Assembly (NCBI GenBank): GCA_964187785.1
Contig: OZ076409.1
Span: 8,558,001 to 8,622,000, forward strand
DNA length: 64,000 nucleotides
Direction of reading: 5' to 3'
Origin: Amphiscolops sp. MND2022
Taxonomy: Eukaryota
How positions within the stretch are numbered: the stretch's first letter is position 1; every line of letters begins with the position of its first letter. Below the pieces are notes generated by a model, which had not been told where the DNA came from, searched no databases, and worked only from the letters and a program-made list of their open reading frames with translations. This document shows positions 49,831 to 62,568 of this stretch, piece by piece. The translations under genes were made by a program, and so were the position numbers.

Positions 49831-50310
49831 AAACAAACCGGGAACGGCCCAAGTCGGCGCCATATCTAAGGCTCAAAAATAGCAAAAGGACTTCAAAATG
49901 TCAAAGTATCGGTGAATTAGGGACCCTTTTATGAAGAAAAAAAAATTGAGAAAAAAGTCTCACAATGCCGTAAAAACTGAAAGGGGGACCCTTTGAGATT
50001 TTTCAACATCCATTCTGTCGTAAAATATCAAAAAATTGAAAGCGGGCTCTTTGGTGAAAATTTTTTTTCGAAAAAAAGTCTCAGAGCCGAAAATACTCTA
50101 AGGGAGCACCCTTTGGCCGCGTTGAGTTTCTTGGATGATGTAAGAATACTTCGCAAGCTTTTGAAAAAGTAAAAGTACTTCGCAAGCAAGAATTCATGAC
50201 TCATGAAAATTGTAAGAAAAGTGAACCATTCAGAGTGAGATTGTAGGCTGAAAAAAACTACCCACTGTGATAGTCGGGCTTTTTTCGTTAAGGGAAAAGG
50301 CGCCGACTAA
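49831..50310 (-). mobile_element. Helentron-type non-autonomous element (family A)
   Basis: subTIRs AGTCGGCGCC (49852-49861) / GGCGCCGACT (50299-50308), long hairpin at right end, short CCG-GGAA-CGG stem-loop at left end, A-tract flanks. Confidence 0.75.
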
Positions 50311-51066
50311 GAAAAGACAATAAGCATTCTACAGGGTCTTTCATAAATTATGCATCAACTTTAATTTCAGTTATCTCATTAACTACTGTTCAGAACGTAA
50401 CGATTTGGAACTTTTGTTTTTGATACATTGAAAGTATATTCATCTACATTAGGTGCTGGAAATGACCTCCATTCTTATCTTCATAAAACTGTAATCACTT
50501 CCGAATAACTGTAATATCATAAAACTGTAATCACTTCCGAATAACTTGTCAAAAAAAATAACTAGTCACTGTAAGAGTTGGGTTTTGTTCTTCAGCAAAA
50601 GTGCGTTGAATAAAAACGCAAAATTTGATGAACTTTGTTTGCTTGGAAACTCTTGTCCCAATCCTTTAATGGTAGTTTCTTCATGTAACCGCTTCTACAC
50701 ACTCAATGCCCGACTTTGCTGGCCTAGTAGATTGCGATGCTGACGGGGAGCAAACGGGGACCCCGGAGAACTCTAACACTATCGAATCAATTTTTGACTG
50801 CTATGGAGCTTTGGAACACTGCACCTACTGACACGAAGAGATGGCAGAGTTTTGACAACGTTAATTAGCCCACTGGCGGCTGCGCAGGATGTTTCCGCGA
50901 TTTTATGAACTAGTCAAATATGTGGCAACTATTAGATTGTCCAAATTCAAAATTTCCTCGGAAATCACACAGTTTCAAAATGAATAACGGAAAATTCTAA
51001 CTCTTACTTGTTGTTTATTCTTAACATTTAGTATGTTCAAGAAAAAGTTTTCCAGCGAAATAGCGA

Positions 51067-52064
51067 TTTTTACACTTGCGATAAGCAAGTGTTATGGGAA
51101 AGTGCGGGTGCTTTTTTTTCCGCGCGACAACTCTCTGATTTCACGCGGCAACTCGCACGTTTCACGCGTTCGTGGTCTAGTGGTAAGATGCTTGCTTTTC
51201 AACCCAGAGGTTTCGTGTTCGAACCCGTGGGTATGCGCTAATTTTTTTACAAGTATTCCGAAGCAGAAGGTTCTGACTTTTTTCGGCACTATGAGACTTT
51301 TCGGCTTTTTTTCGAAATTTTTTAAATGTCCCCAAAGAGTCCTCCTTTCAATTTTTTTGATATTTTGCAAGAGAACAAATGTTAAAAAATCCCAAAGGGT
51401 CCCTTTTTCAGAATTTTCGGCACTATGAGACTGTTCAAAATTCTAATTTTTCTTCAAAAATTTTTTAGACTCCCTTATTTTTTTTCAAAAATTTTTTATA
51501 TCCCCAAAGCGTCCTCCTTTCAATTTTTTGATATCTTGCAACAGAACGAATGTTATAAAATCCTAAAGGATCCCTTTTTCACATTTTTCGGCACTATGCG
51601 ACTTAGCGGAAACTTCAAAAAAATTCGGAAAATTTTTTCTCAATTTTTAGTTTTGAAAGACCGTTTTTTTAAAGACCGATCTTTTTTCTATGCGACTTCT
51701 TTAAAATTTGTTTTCACCGAAGCCCCTGCTCAATTTTTACCAGAAACGAAACGTTTTGCGAGAGGACTCCTCAAGGCTTTACGACTTACCGGAGACCATC
51801 AAAAATGTTTTCGAAAAATTTTGAATTTTTTTTCTATTTTCTGTTTAAGGTTTTCCGTTGAGAAAGATTGGGTTTTTTGCTGTTTTCAGTTGGGGAAGAA
51901 TGGTTTTCGAGGCTTACGCGTATCCCTTCGGGTATTTTTTGGCGCTGTAAAATTGATGAAATTTTAATCTCCTTTTTTACCCTTGGTTTTCCGTATGATA
52001 TTGCTTATTTGGTTTTCTTCAAAAGTTCGCAAGTGTTTGCGAAGCTCGGCTTCGCCTCTGTGTT
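51067..52064 (+). mobile_element. Helentron-type non-autonomous element (family E) containing a tRNA-like segment
   Basis: 5' hairpin ACACTTGC-GATAA-GCAAGTGT (51072-51092); 3' subTIR CGCAAGTGT (52028-52036); stem-loop GCGAAGC-TCG-GCTTCGC (52039-52055); internal TTTTCGGCACTATG repeats. Confidence 0.75.
51166..51238 (+). pseudogene. tRNA-derived sequence (Pol III A/B boxes), non-canonical cloverleaf
   Basis: A box TGGTCTAGTGG, B box GTTCGAACCC at tRNA spacing; anticodon arm poorly paired. Confidence 0.6.
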
Positions 52065-53253
52065 AAATTATGTAATACCTTGTGTAAGGGTATAGGGTTG
52101 CCGTTTGATATGCGTCTAGGAGTTGGGAAAACTGAATCTTGCCTAAAAAGAGTTTTGTAGAAATCGAACCATTACTTGCAAGAACTTGATTTCTCAACAC
52201 AGACATAATGTGCTACACATCTAATTTCTGGTGACTATTCGTACAAAATTTACAAAAAGATCTCAAACAGCAGAATTCAAATTACTAGCTTTTACTGCTG
52301 TTCAGGGTTCGCATGTTTAAAACAGAGGTTGTTTTAAACATGTTTCAAACACGTTTTAAACATAGCTGAAACTTAACTTTTGTCTTTTTCACATACGAAT
52401 GGCATCTCCAATCGTTATTACTGGAAGAAAACGATGCAATTTGGCTCGAATTTGAACGATCAGAAGATGATAAAAGAGCGAAATGCAAACCTTGTCCCTG
52501 AGAAAAAGCGGTAGATGTGGAGAGAGTGAAAGATCATTGGCATTTTGTCTCAGACTTTCGCAGTGATTTTCAGTTTAGTTTTAGATTTTAGATGTTTCAG
52601 ATTTTTGTGTTTATGAATTCAAATTGAGATTTCGAGTTTTTGACAAGCAATTTTTATGTTTAAAACATGATTTTTACAGAATCTTGTTTTTTTTCTCAAC
52701 CGTGGTGCTGTTGCAGCCAAGGTGTATGGAACTTGATTTATTTGAAGAGGTTAGTATATTTGTTGTATCGCTCGGTCGCCTGCATTTAGGGCACTAAGGT
52801 TTATGTGAACATAGCTGACTACGTTATAATAATAATTCCGACAAAATCAGACTCGCGTTTTTAGCTTAGTGAATTCTGTTTGAAAATTAGATGTGTATTA
52901 CATTATGTCTGTATGACGTTCCCCGATAAATGCACCTTTTTAAATGCTCGTATCGTTCGGTCTGCACAAGGCACCAACAAAATGTGAAAAATAAACTGTG
53001 TTGATGAAGATTATGGGCTACTGGCAAAATATTCAGAATTTGAAAACAAGGTATGTTGCTTTAAAGCATCGCTAGGTTAATTGGACGTTAACATGTTTTT
53101 GACGACAGCAATTGAATTTTGTTTGCAACTCTTAACCCTCCTAGCTGATCTGAGCATATTGCAAATTTTAGAAGTTTGCAAAGTTGGGTTGAAAATTTCA
53201 AATGGTTAATATCTTGGGTATCGATGCCCCAGTGAATTCATTGATTCAACCAA

Positions 53254-55309
53254 CGGCTCTTTTCTGTTTTCCCCCACCACCAAAAGTAAATTCCTTAAAA
53301 AATTCACACTAGACTAATTAAAAGTTAAACTTTTTTCGAAACAGGAAGTTAACGTCTATTAGAATAGTTTTTTGTTTGAAAAAAAAACATTTTCCACAAT
53401 TTTCCAAAAAAAAATGGTGGGGGGGGGGGTGCAGAAAAGAGCCGAACTAATTTGAGTGTCAATATTTTTCGTTGTTCTGCTTAGATGAATCACAATGATT
53501 GCGCAACTTAGAACGTGCGATTATTAAAACCTCATTTATAAAATCATAATATCAAAATTATGATAAATCCGTGAACAAATGCAGCAGCAGAAAATTGTAA
53601 TGAATTGGATATTTAAATTTACTATCTATATAATTGATTGATTCTCTTGTGAAATGTATTCTGCAATGGGTTTGAATGGAGCCAAGTGATTGAAAACTAT
53701 CGTTTCACTGCTTGTTGTAGTTTGAGCAGAACGAGGAAGAAATCACTGAATCTTCACTTGCTTTTTTACAGTCCATTCAGCAGATTGTCTGTCATTCACA
53801 TTACCATCGTCAGTGGTTGCCATTTACTTGAATTCTTGAATTGCGCTTTGAGGTTCTTTTCTGTCCAACCCTCCCTCCCCCTCACCACCTATTTTTTGGA
53901 AAATTTTTGTGAAAATATTAAAATGGAAAGAGTTAGAACTAAATTAGAAACCGTTGCTTTTATATTTATTCTCAGGATGACAGTTTAGAATTCAGATACA
54001 AATTTGGTTCACGCTATTTTTCCTTATCAAGTCACGCATTCTTGATGAACACTCAACAGCTTCCTGTTTTGAGTCAGGAGAAACAGTAATTTTCAACATT
54101 TTCACAGTCAAAATGTGTGAAAAATGTTTTGTTCAAACAAAAAATTATTCCAATAGAAGTTAATTTCCTGTTATGGTTAAAATTTTACTTCGAATTCAAC
54201 AAGTTTGGATTTTTTTCTGTAAATTTCCTTCAAAAAATTTTGATGATGGGGAAATCAGAAAAGAGCCCGCTTTGAATGTGCGGTGACGCGGTGTTGCAAT
54301 TACCGTCGACTTCTTTTTCTTCGCGTCGTGATTTCCACTCTTTATGCGGTGTCGCAGGTGTTGCAGAAGGTGCAGAGGAAACGGAGATCAACCTGAAGAC
54401 GAAGTTATCACCCACTCTGAACACTCGCCCCTGAAACACTTCGGAATCGACAAGCGCTACTCCGAACTGGTGCGCGACAAAGGCACGCGGCTCTTTTCGG
54501 CTCTTTTCTGTTGCCCCCCATCCCCCACTATCGAAATTTTTTTAATTTTTCACGGAAAATTGCGAAAAAATTTCAAACTTGTTGAATTCGAAGTGAAATT
54601 TTTCCCATAACAGTAAGTTAACTTCTATTGGAATAGTTTTTCATTTGAACAAAACTTTTTTCACACATTTTGACTGTGACTATGTTGAAAGGTAACTGTT
54701 TTTAGTGACTCAAAACAGGAAGCTGCTGAGTTTTCAACAAAATTGCTTGACTTCACATAAGGAAAAATGCGTGAACAAAGTTTGTATCTGAATTCTGAAC
54801 TGTCATCCTGAGAATAAATAAAAGAGTAAAAGTTTCTAATTTAGTTCTAAGTCTTTTTATTTTAATATTTTCACAATTTTTTCCGAAAAAATATGTGGTG
54901 GGGAGTTACCCTTTTCTGTAACCCCCGCCATCATCAAACTGTTTAAAGAAATCTTCCGAAAAAACTTCAGATTGGGCTAATTCAAAGCAAAATCTTTCTC
55001 CGTAACAGGAAAGTTGACGTCAATTGGCATAGTTTTTTTTGAGCGAAACGTTTTTCACACTTCTGTTCGAGTTAATGATTTTTTGTGACTCAAATTAATT
55101 TAGGAAGATGTTGGTTTTCGCATCAAGACCACGCGAATTCTCAAGGAACAGTAGTGTGAACAAAGTTTGTATCTGGCTTCTAAACTGTCATCCTGAAAAA
55201 AATGTAGATTTATGGTTAGGTTTCAAGTCATTTTGTAATATTTTCACTAATTATTTTTAGTTTTTCACTAATTAAAAAAATTTGTGGTGGGGGGAACAGA
55301 AAAGAACCG
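53254..55309. mobile_element. Cluster of MITEs with GG(C/T)TCTTTTCTG...CAGAAAAGA(G/A)CC TIRs (53254-53444, 53851-54268, 54498-54905, 54911-55309)
   Basis: Shared TIR and internal ACAGGAAGTTAAC..CTATT.GAATAGTTTT / CTGTCATCCTGAG motifs, copies in both orientations. Confidence 0.7.
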
Positions 55310-55979
55310 AAAGGCAACATGCAATGTGGCGGCCACGACGCTGTGGATGCGAAGCAGGGAAAAAGCAATACTAATAATAAAACAGTCAACATAGTTGACG
55401 AAAGCTGCGGAGGAGGAGGAGGAACAAGTAGCGAGAACACTAGTTCTTCCAAAAGCACTTCGGAGGTAGAGTTTTGACATCGCTAACCGCTAAACTTAAT
55501 TTCAAAATCGCCATTTCGCTGAAAAAATATTAGATCTTTGAATTCAAGTATGAATTCAATGATAACTTTTATTCAATTTCTCATACTGTGTGGTTTCTAC
55601 AAGGGTAGCAGCTGGAGTTTTTTGAAATTCATTTCGAAATTCCGTGGAAGTTTTCCGAGGAAATTTTGATTTTGCGCATTCTATCAGTTGCTGGCCGCTA
55701 ATTCGAATCGATTGGAAAAAATGCTGTTTCGTTGGTTTCAGTTGACGGCCGGTTACCGATTCAGCCCAGATTTCTGAAGGGGACAAATTGAATTAAAAAC
55801 AAAAACAACGTTTTGACCCGTTTCAGAAATCTGGGTCAGTTTGCTTTGCTGTGAGAGGAAGATTGGAGTAGCAACAGAATTTCATTCAATAATATAGTTA
55901 CCTCAAAGTTTTCAACAGTTTCAAGAAATTTGTTCAGCAATTTCAAGTTTCAAGTCACTAGTTTTTCATTCATGAGTTT

Positions 55980-58900
55980 TCATTCATGTGAATTTTGAAA
56001 GTCACTTTCAACATTCTCGGTGGTAGCGTTGCTGACGTTCCACAATCTGACCAATTTATTGACAGGGCGCATCAAAACTGCCTCCTTGGTCATAATTTTA
56101 GCAGACCTTGCGACTCCCTTGCTGTCATGGTGAAGCTCGCACACTCGGGCCAAAGGGTAGTTTCCGCGTGGTGAGTGACTCTCCACAAGCCACACTAGCT
56201 CCCCTCTTGCTAAGGGCTCAGTAGTCTCTGTCCATTTGTGTCGAAGATTTAGGGTTGGCACGTATTTTTTGAGCCAACGTGTCCATACGGCGTCTGCATA
56301 ATGTTGAGCTTGCTGGTAAAATCGGCGATGGTGTGCGTGATGTGGTTCTCGGGCAAAAATTGCGGGCTGAAGGACTTCTCCACAATTGAGGAAATTATTG
56401 GGAGACAAGGCATTCAGATCTGTTGGATCAGAGCTTGCAGGAACGAGAGGTGTGGAATTCATTGCTTGCTCTACTAAGCAAATTGAGGTGCTGAGAACTT
56501 CTTCTTTCACTTTGCTTGATCCGAGAACGGTGAAAAGTATCCTCTTGCATGACTCGATTAGGCTTTCCCAAGCTCCTCCTTGATTGGGTGCTGATGGAGT
56601 ATTGAATTTCCACTTTATACGGCGTTGGGCACATTTTTCTTGAAAGGCTGGCGTTTCTATGGTGTTGACTTCTTTGCTGGCACTGACAAAGTTGGTTTCA
56701 TTGTCTGACCAGAAAGTATCAGGTCGACCTCGACGGGCCACGAATCTGTCAATTGCCATCATGCAATGGCTGGTGTTCAGACTATGGAGAACTTCTAGGT
56801 GGATTGCTCTGGTTGTTAGGCAGGTAAATATTATTATCCATCTTTTTTCAGTTGTTCGTCGGACGGTCACATGTAGAGGTCCAAAACAGTCGAGACCTGT
56901 GTTGGTAAATGCGGGCTTCTTGTATGCCAGGCGTTCAGTCGGTAGATCGGCCATCAGGGGTTGGAGACAATTTGCTCTTCTACGGCGGCAGAACAAACAT
57001 TCGGATTCCAGTTTCCTAAGGGCTGACCTAAGGCGGAGTACTGCATAATCTTGTTGAATTACGGAGCGGAGGTATTCCACCCCTTGATGAAGATGAATCT
57101 GATGTATGTGTTGCAGAAGTAGGCATACCGCAGGGTGTCGGCTGTCCAAAATGATTGGATGTTTTACTCCGAAAGGTATTTCTTTCATTCGTGATGTGCG
57201 ACCAGTTGATCGCAGAATGTTGTCGGATCCTAGGAAGGGATTGAACTTGATGATACGGCTACATCTCGAGAGATTGTGATTCTTCCGTAGGTGTTTGAGT
57301 TCCTCGGCGAAAGATTCCTTCTGAGAAAGAATGAAAATTCGTTTCTCGGCGGCTAAGTATTCTTCAGGGTGTAAAACTTTCGTAGTTTGTCGGAACACGT
57401 AATGACTTTGCAGTAGGCGCAAAATGTATGCAAAAACTCGTATTAGTTTATTGTAGTTGCTAAAACGATTCCAAGGAACCACTTGCGGCTTATAATTAGC
57501 TTGAAGCGCGGCAGAAACTATTTCTCTGGGCATCGTAGGTGCTGAATGTCGTTTCTCTTTTTCTTCTTCTTTTTCTTCTTCTTCTGATTCTTTCAAACAT
57601 ATTTTCTCTGAAGACGAAATTTCTTCTGCTTGGAACTGAGAGTTGGGATTTGTGGCTGTGGAAGTCGTTGAAACTTCAAAGTCTGGTATGAACTCTTCTT
57701 TCAAAAAGGATGGACCATGAATCCACGAACAGTTATTGAGTCTGTTTGCAGGGAATCCCCTAGTAGGACAGTCCGCAGGGTTGAGGCTACCAGGAACAAA
57801 CTTCCATTGATCTACTGATGTGAGCTCTAGAATCTCTGAAAGGCGATTTGCGACGAAAATTGGGTGTTTTGAAGCAGAACTTCGAATCCATTGGCAAACG
57901 GTGGTACTGTCGGTCCACAGGTTGACTTTGTTGATAGGTATCGTTAGTGAATCTTCGACGAAACGTTTCAAACGCGATGCGAGCAAAGCAGCTTGAAGTT
58001 CTAGTTTGGGAATAGTTAGCAGTTTCATTGGGGCCACTCTGGCTTTTCCAATTATGAAAGCTGTCTGGCTTGTTTCATCTCTCTTACTAGCTGGCTGTCG
58101 AAGGTAGGCTTCAGCTGACGCATCGCCAAAAACATGAAGCTCGTATTGTCCGTTCGGCTTACTGAAAAAGGCTCTGGGTACTGCAATTTTTGAAATGTTC
58201 TCAAGTTCAGAACACCATTCCAGGAACTGTGATTGTGAATCTTCGGTTATTTCTTCGTCCCATTGTTGACCGGCGCTCTTCCAGAGTTGTTTCAAGAGTA
58301 GACGGGCTCGTATGGTGAACGGGGCAATTACTCCGATGGGATCAAAAACTGAAGATACGGTACTAAGAACAAGTCGCTGGGTAATTGTCTTTCCGATCAA
58401 GTCTGGAGTAGTTCCACGACTAACAATCAGGGTGTCTTGATCGGTATTCCAACGCAAACCTAGCACGGATGGGTTTGCTGGAGTTGCGGGTGATACTATT
58501 GAGGCTGAACTTGGACAATCTTCACATTGCTTGTTTTTTGTTGACTCGGGCCACGTGGCATGTTTGGCTTCTGACGGTAAATTGTTGACTGCGTCTCCCA
58601 ATGACATCTTTTCCACTGCTGTTAGGTTTTCCATTGCTTTAACTTTTAATGTACTATGTCTTGTAGTGTGGTATCTCGGACCGGCTTGAGATACTTTAGA
58701 GGATCCAAGTTGTGTGGATTTACTGGTTCTCTGTCGTGGGGATGACATCGTGTTTCTTCGGGTTTTGTCTATATCTTCTTTTATCGAGCTGGAGGGGACA
58801 ATTGTTTGTCGGTTGTGATGTAATTCGGCGAAAATGCTGAGGCGGTCTGCTAGCAGTGGGGCATTGCTGATCCACTTGGTTAGCTTGAAGCCCCCAATTG

Positions 58901-59726
58901 AAAGGAGTTGGATGAGATCTTTCGCTAGTGACTCAATTCCTTCCAAAGTTGGACGCGAATCTAAAGTCATCCATGTAAAAATTTTGTTTCACAGCGATTG
59001 CTGCTTCAGGAAACTTGGCTGCGTTGTCCACGCCAGTTCTGTTCAAGGCGTAGTTGGCGCAAGTTGGGCTGTCCTTTGCACCAAAGATGTGACGTGTGTA
59101 CTGGTAGACTTTGATTACTTCTGAAGGAGTTTCTCTCCAGAGGAATCGTAAAGACGGTTGGTCCTTTTCTGGTACTCCTACTTGAAGGAACATTCCTTCT
59201 ATGTCAGCTGAGACGGCATATTGGTGTTGTCGAAACCTTAACAAAATTTGTAGCAAATTTTGCAAAAGAACAGGTCCACGAAGAAAGGCTGAGTTTAGCG
59301 AAACATCGCGGAATTTTGCGGCTCCATTTAGTACTCGACGAACTTGTCCGGTTTGAGCGGGTGTTGTACTGGATGGTGAGGTAAATACCACTGACGAGGA
59401 GACGTTGTTTCAAAAATTTCTGCAGATGGTACTTCTATCACGTATTCTTTCTGTATGTCTTCTTTGATTGTGCTGGCATATCTTTCTTTCAGAGCTGGGT
59501 CTCGGTCAAAGCGTTTCTCCAAAGATCGAAGCTGTGCTAAGGCGTAGTAATAATTGTTCGGCAAAGAGGACGCTTCAGAAGACCACAACTTTCCCACTAC
59601 GTAGCGGCTTCCATCGTGATATGTTGTAGCTTCCAAAATCTTCAAGGCATATAGATCTTCCAATGATTGTGAGTCACCAGTTTTGCTGGAACCATATGAC
59701 TCTAGTTCCCACCAATGTGAAATCAT
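55980..59726 (-). mobile_element. BEL/Pao LTR retrotransposon pol (RT-RNase H-integrase), 5'-truncated, frameshifted
   Basis: WYLPHHPV, ADIEGMFLQV, FGAKDSP, FYMDDF (RT); HVFGDAS, TIPKLELQAA, WTDST, NPADCPTRG (RNase H); HHCC, GLDCFGP, SDNETNF, GGAWE (integrase); WTRWLKKY tail; no LTRs seen. Confidence 0.93.
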
Positions 59727-60377
59727 TAGTTCCCACTAATGAAATCGATAAAAATCAGTGGCTAATTAGCGGTGTGAAAACTCTGCTTTGGTGAAAGGTG
59801 TCTGAGGATCCCCTGATGGCCTCGGAGAGCTACCTGACCACGGGCGCCTCCAAGTCCCTGTTCAGCACTGGGTCCGCCTCCACCACCCAAGACGTCCAGA
59901 TGGTGGGCAATCAGCCGACAGGTGCCCCCCTGCCCACTCTTTCCATACTCTCCACAAGACGGCGGGGTGCTATGTAGCTTGATTTTATTCATCTTTCCAC
60001 CCGATGAGAAGCTACGTAGGTTTCGGGAATGAATTTTATTCTTTTCTTTTTGAAAAGTCATTAAAATGTTGATAGAGCAACAGTATTGTTTTAGGTTCTT
60101 CTGTTTTTACTGAAATATATCTTACTGAACAAAAAGACTTGAAATCTTACCAGAAACCTTCAATTTTAATTTTTCTCAGGATGACAGTTCAAAATTCATA
60201 TTCAAACATTGTGCACACTATTTTTTCCTGTGAATTCACGCTTCCTATCACAGAAAAAACTGTTAATTCGAACACAAGAACTTTTGATTGTGGGTTTAGT
60301 TGCAATTTAGTTTTTAACGTGTGGGGTGGAGAAAAAAACCGATTGCGCTGCGTTTCCGAATTTTACAATGCGACCAG

Positions 60378-60641
60378 AACGTCAAATTGTCTTCAAAAAT
60401 GTCCCGTGGAGTATGGAAAAAGCGCACAGGTGTGTCAGGCCTAGGCGAAAGTGTCGACTTTGATGAAGAAGATGAAAATGCAGCCGACGATGGCCGAGTT
60501 GATGGCACGGAGCAAGAGCGTCGTGTTCGGCGACTGGAGTGTTACGAGTGGCAGAATGCGGCTTCCACCCAATTGGACGACGAAGTCTTGTCTTCCTCGG
60601 CCGCCGCCGCCGACAATCGACGAAAGGCACAGCAGCACAAG
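60378..60641 (+). CDS. Candidate host exon (acidic/low-complexity, unknown protein)
   Basis: GC-rich 88-codon open stretch NVKLSSK...QQHK between cag (60376-77) and AAG|gtgcgt; no homology recognised. Confidence 0.35.
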
Positions 60642-60902
60642 GTGCGTTTACACTTCAATTGACTTGCTTGTTCTTCATCCGTTCGTGATTACGTCATCAG
60701 TTGATTGTGCACCCGTGATAGCGCTAAAGGACGTGACTTCTAAACTTCAATGTGACGGGTGTCCGTTGTTCGAACCTACCTCAAACCGCCTGCAAACATG
60801 AACTGCTCCAATAAGTACATGTATCTCTTTCCAATGATCATTGATCACCAGTCATCGTCCAAAAGTCTGAACCTCAACCTCTGCTTGAAATGATTGTGAA
60901 GT

Positions 60903-61101
60903 AGGCTCTTTTCTGTTCTCCCCCAAAACCAATATATTTTCCGAGAGTAAATATCCTTGAAAGCACTTTCAGACTAGCCTAATTAAAAGTGAAACCTTCT
61001 TTCATAACAGGAAGTTAACGTTTATTAGAATAGTTTTTGTTTGAACAAAACATTTTTCACGCATTTTGGCCATAATTGTATTCGTATTCAGAAAAGAGCC
61101 G
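60903..61101. mobile_element. MITE of the GGCTCTTTTCTG family (related degenerate copy at ~60093-60340)
   Basis: GGCTCTTTTCTG ... CAGAAAAGAGCC; internal match to 53254-53444. Confidence 0.7.
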
Positions 61102-62023
61102 TGGAGTACAATATTGGAATGATATATATCTCAAACGTTGTAACCAATTCTCTGAAGTTTTGTGCTTCCCTGTTGAAATGTCCTCCGAATTCGAACATGT
61201 TTTGTTCTTTTTTGCCTTGCTTCAACGCTTGGTGTAGATTGTAAATGAGGACGTATGCAATAATTTTTATTGCTCAGAAGGATCTTTCCTCAGTAAGTTC
61301 CATTTTCCACAAAAACTTTGCCGATGAACAAAAAACTCATTTCCATGCGATTGCATTTTCGCCTAACAAGAAACTATACAGCTCCCAAAAGTGGTTGTAT
61401 TTTTCGTTGATTGTAATATACTATAGGGGGAGCTCGAATAAAGGTCATTTGAGCCAGTTTTTCGTGGTTTTCAGTTTTGAATGTGAAAGATTCTTCCTTC
61501 TCTTATATATCTACTCTTCTGTTATTTGCCATTATTCTGTTGAAAAAAGTTTTGCGCAAACTGCTTTTACTTTGAGCCTCCCGTCACATTGAATGGAAGT
61601 ACGTACGTCCTTTCTCTGCAGGTGCACAATCACGTCATAATCATGTACGGACAAAAACGCCCATTTTACACAGTCATAAGCGCCCCAATATGAAACGCTT
61701 CGCTAACCTTATTGAAGGTGTTCAAAGACAAGGTAAATTCACTGGTAATGCCAAGTTTGAAATTTTCACACCTAACAAATTCCAATTGTAAACGAACGAC
61801 TTGAATTGTTAATTTATGCATTTCAGCCAGCAAAATATTAATTTCTTAAAGAAGCAATTAGTCATTACAGTGTTTTAAAATGAAAAACACGTAATTTAAT
61901 TGGAGTGCGGAACTTGAAACGGGGGACGCTGGAAAAGAGTCAGCAAATGTCATGTAGCCTTTAATTGGAGCGCTTTTGACTGTATATTTTGGGCGCTTTT
62001 GTCGGGTAACCGTGATAATGTTT

Positions 62024-62568
62024 AACAAGCCGAGAACGGCCAAAGTCGGCGCCATATCTAAGGCTCAAAATTGAAAAGGGGGGACCCTTCGGGCTTTGTG
62101 AAACTCCAGCTGGTTGCAAAAAATGAAAAAAAATTGAAGGGGGACCCTTTGGGGACATGAAAAAATTTCCCAAAGAATTTTTTAAAATGAGATTTTTGAA
62201 CAGTGTCACAGTGCCGAAAAATGTAAAAGGGGGGACCCTTTGCGATTTTTTGACATCCATTGTGTTGCAAAATATCGAAACAAATGAAGGGGGGACCCTC
62301 TGGTGCAATCCAAAAAACTTCAAAAAAAGTGCCGAAAAAAAGTGGGGCTCAGGTGGGATCTTTAGTGTGTTTTCGAGGCTGTGGACGTCTGTTTTGTTTT
62401 TTCTTTTCGTTTTGGACGCGCTTCTGAGGTTTGAGTTGTTGAGGTTTGAAGTTGTTGAGGTTTGAAGTTGTTGAACAAATGAACAAAAAAGTGGATCTTT
62501 CGTGTCTAAAAAAAACTACCCACTGTAATAGTCGGGCACATTTTCTACTAAAATGCGCCGACTAAAAA
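62024..62568 (-). mobile_element. Helentron-type non-autonomous element (family A)
   Basis: GCCG-AGAA-CGGC stem-loop (62029-62040), subTIRs AGTCGGCGC (62044-62052) / GCGCCGACT (62555-62563), internal AAGGGGGACCCTT repeats. Confidence 0.78.

Noticed and set aside
51166..51238. Functional tRNA gene
   Set aside because: Acceptor and anticodon stems pair poorly and it lies within a repeat element
51033..51967. Phe/Lys-rich ORFs (131 and 180 aa) and similar ORFs at 2134 and 62157
   Set aside because: Translations of non-coding internal repeats of the Helentron-type elements
61622..61693. Terminal exon following 60641
   Set aside because: Overlaps one arm of an imperfect inverted repeat (partner ~61960-62020) that looks like MITE TIRs
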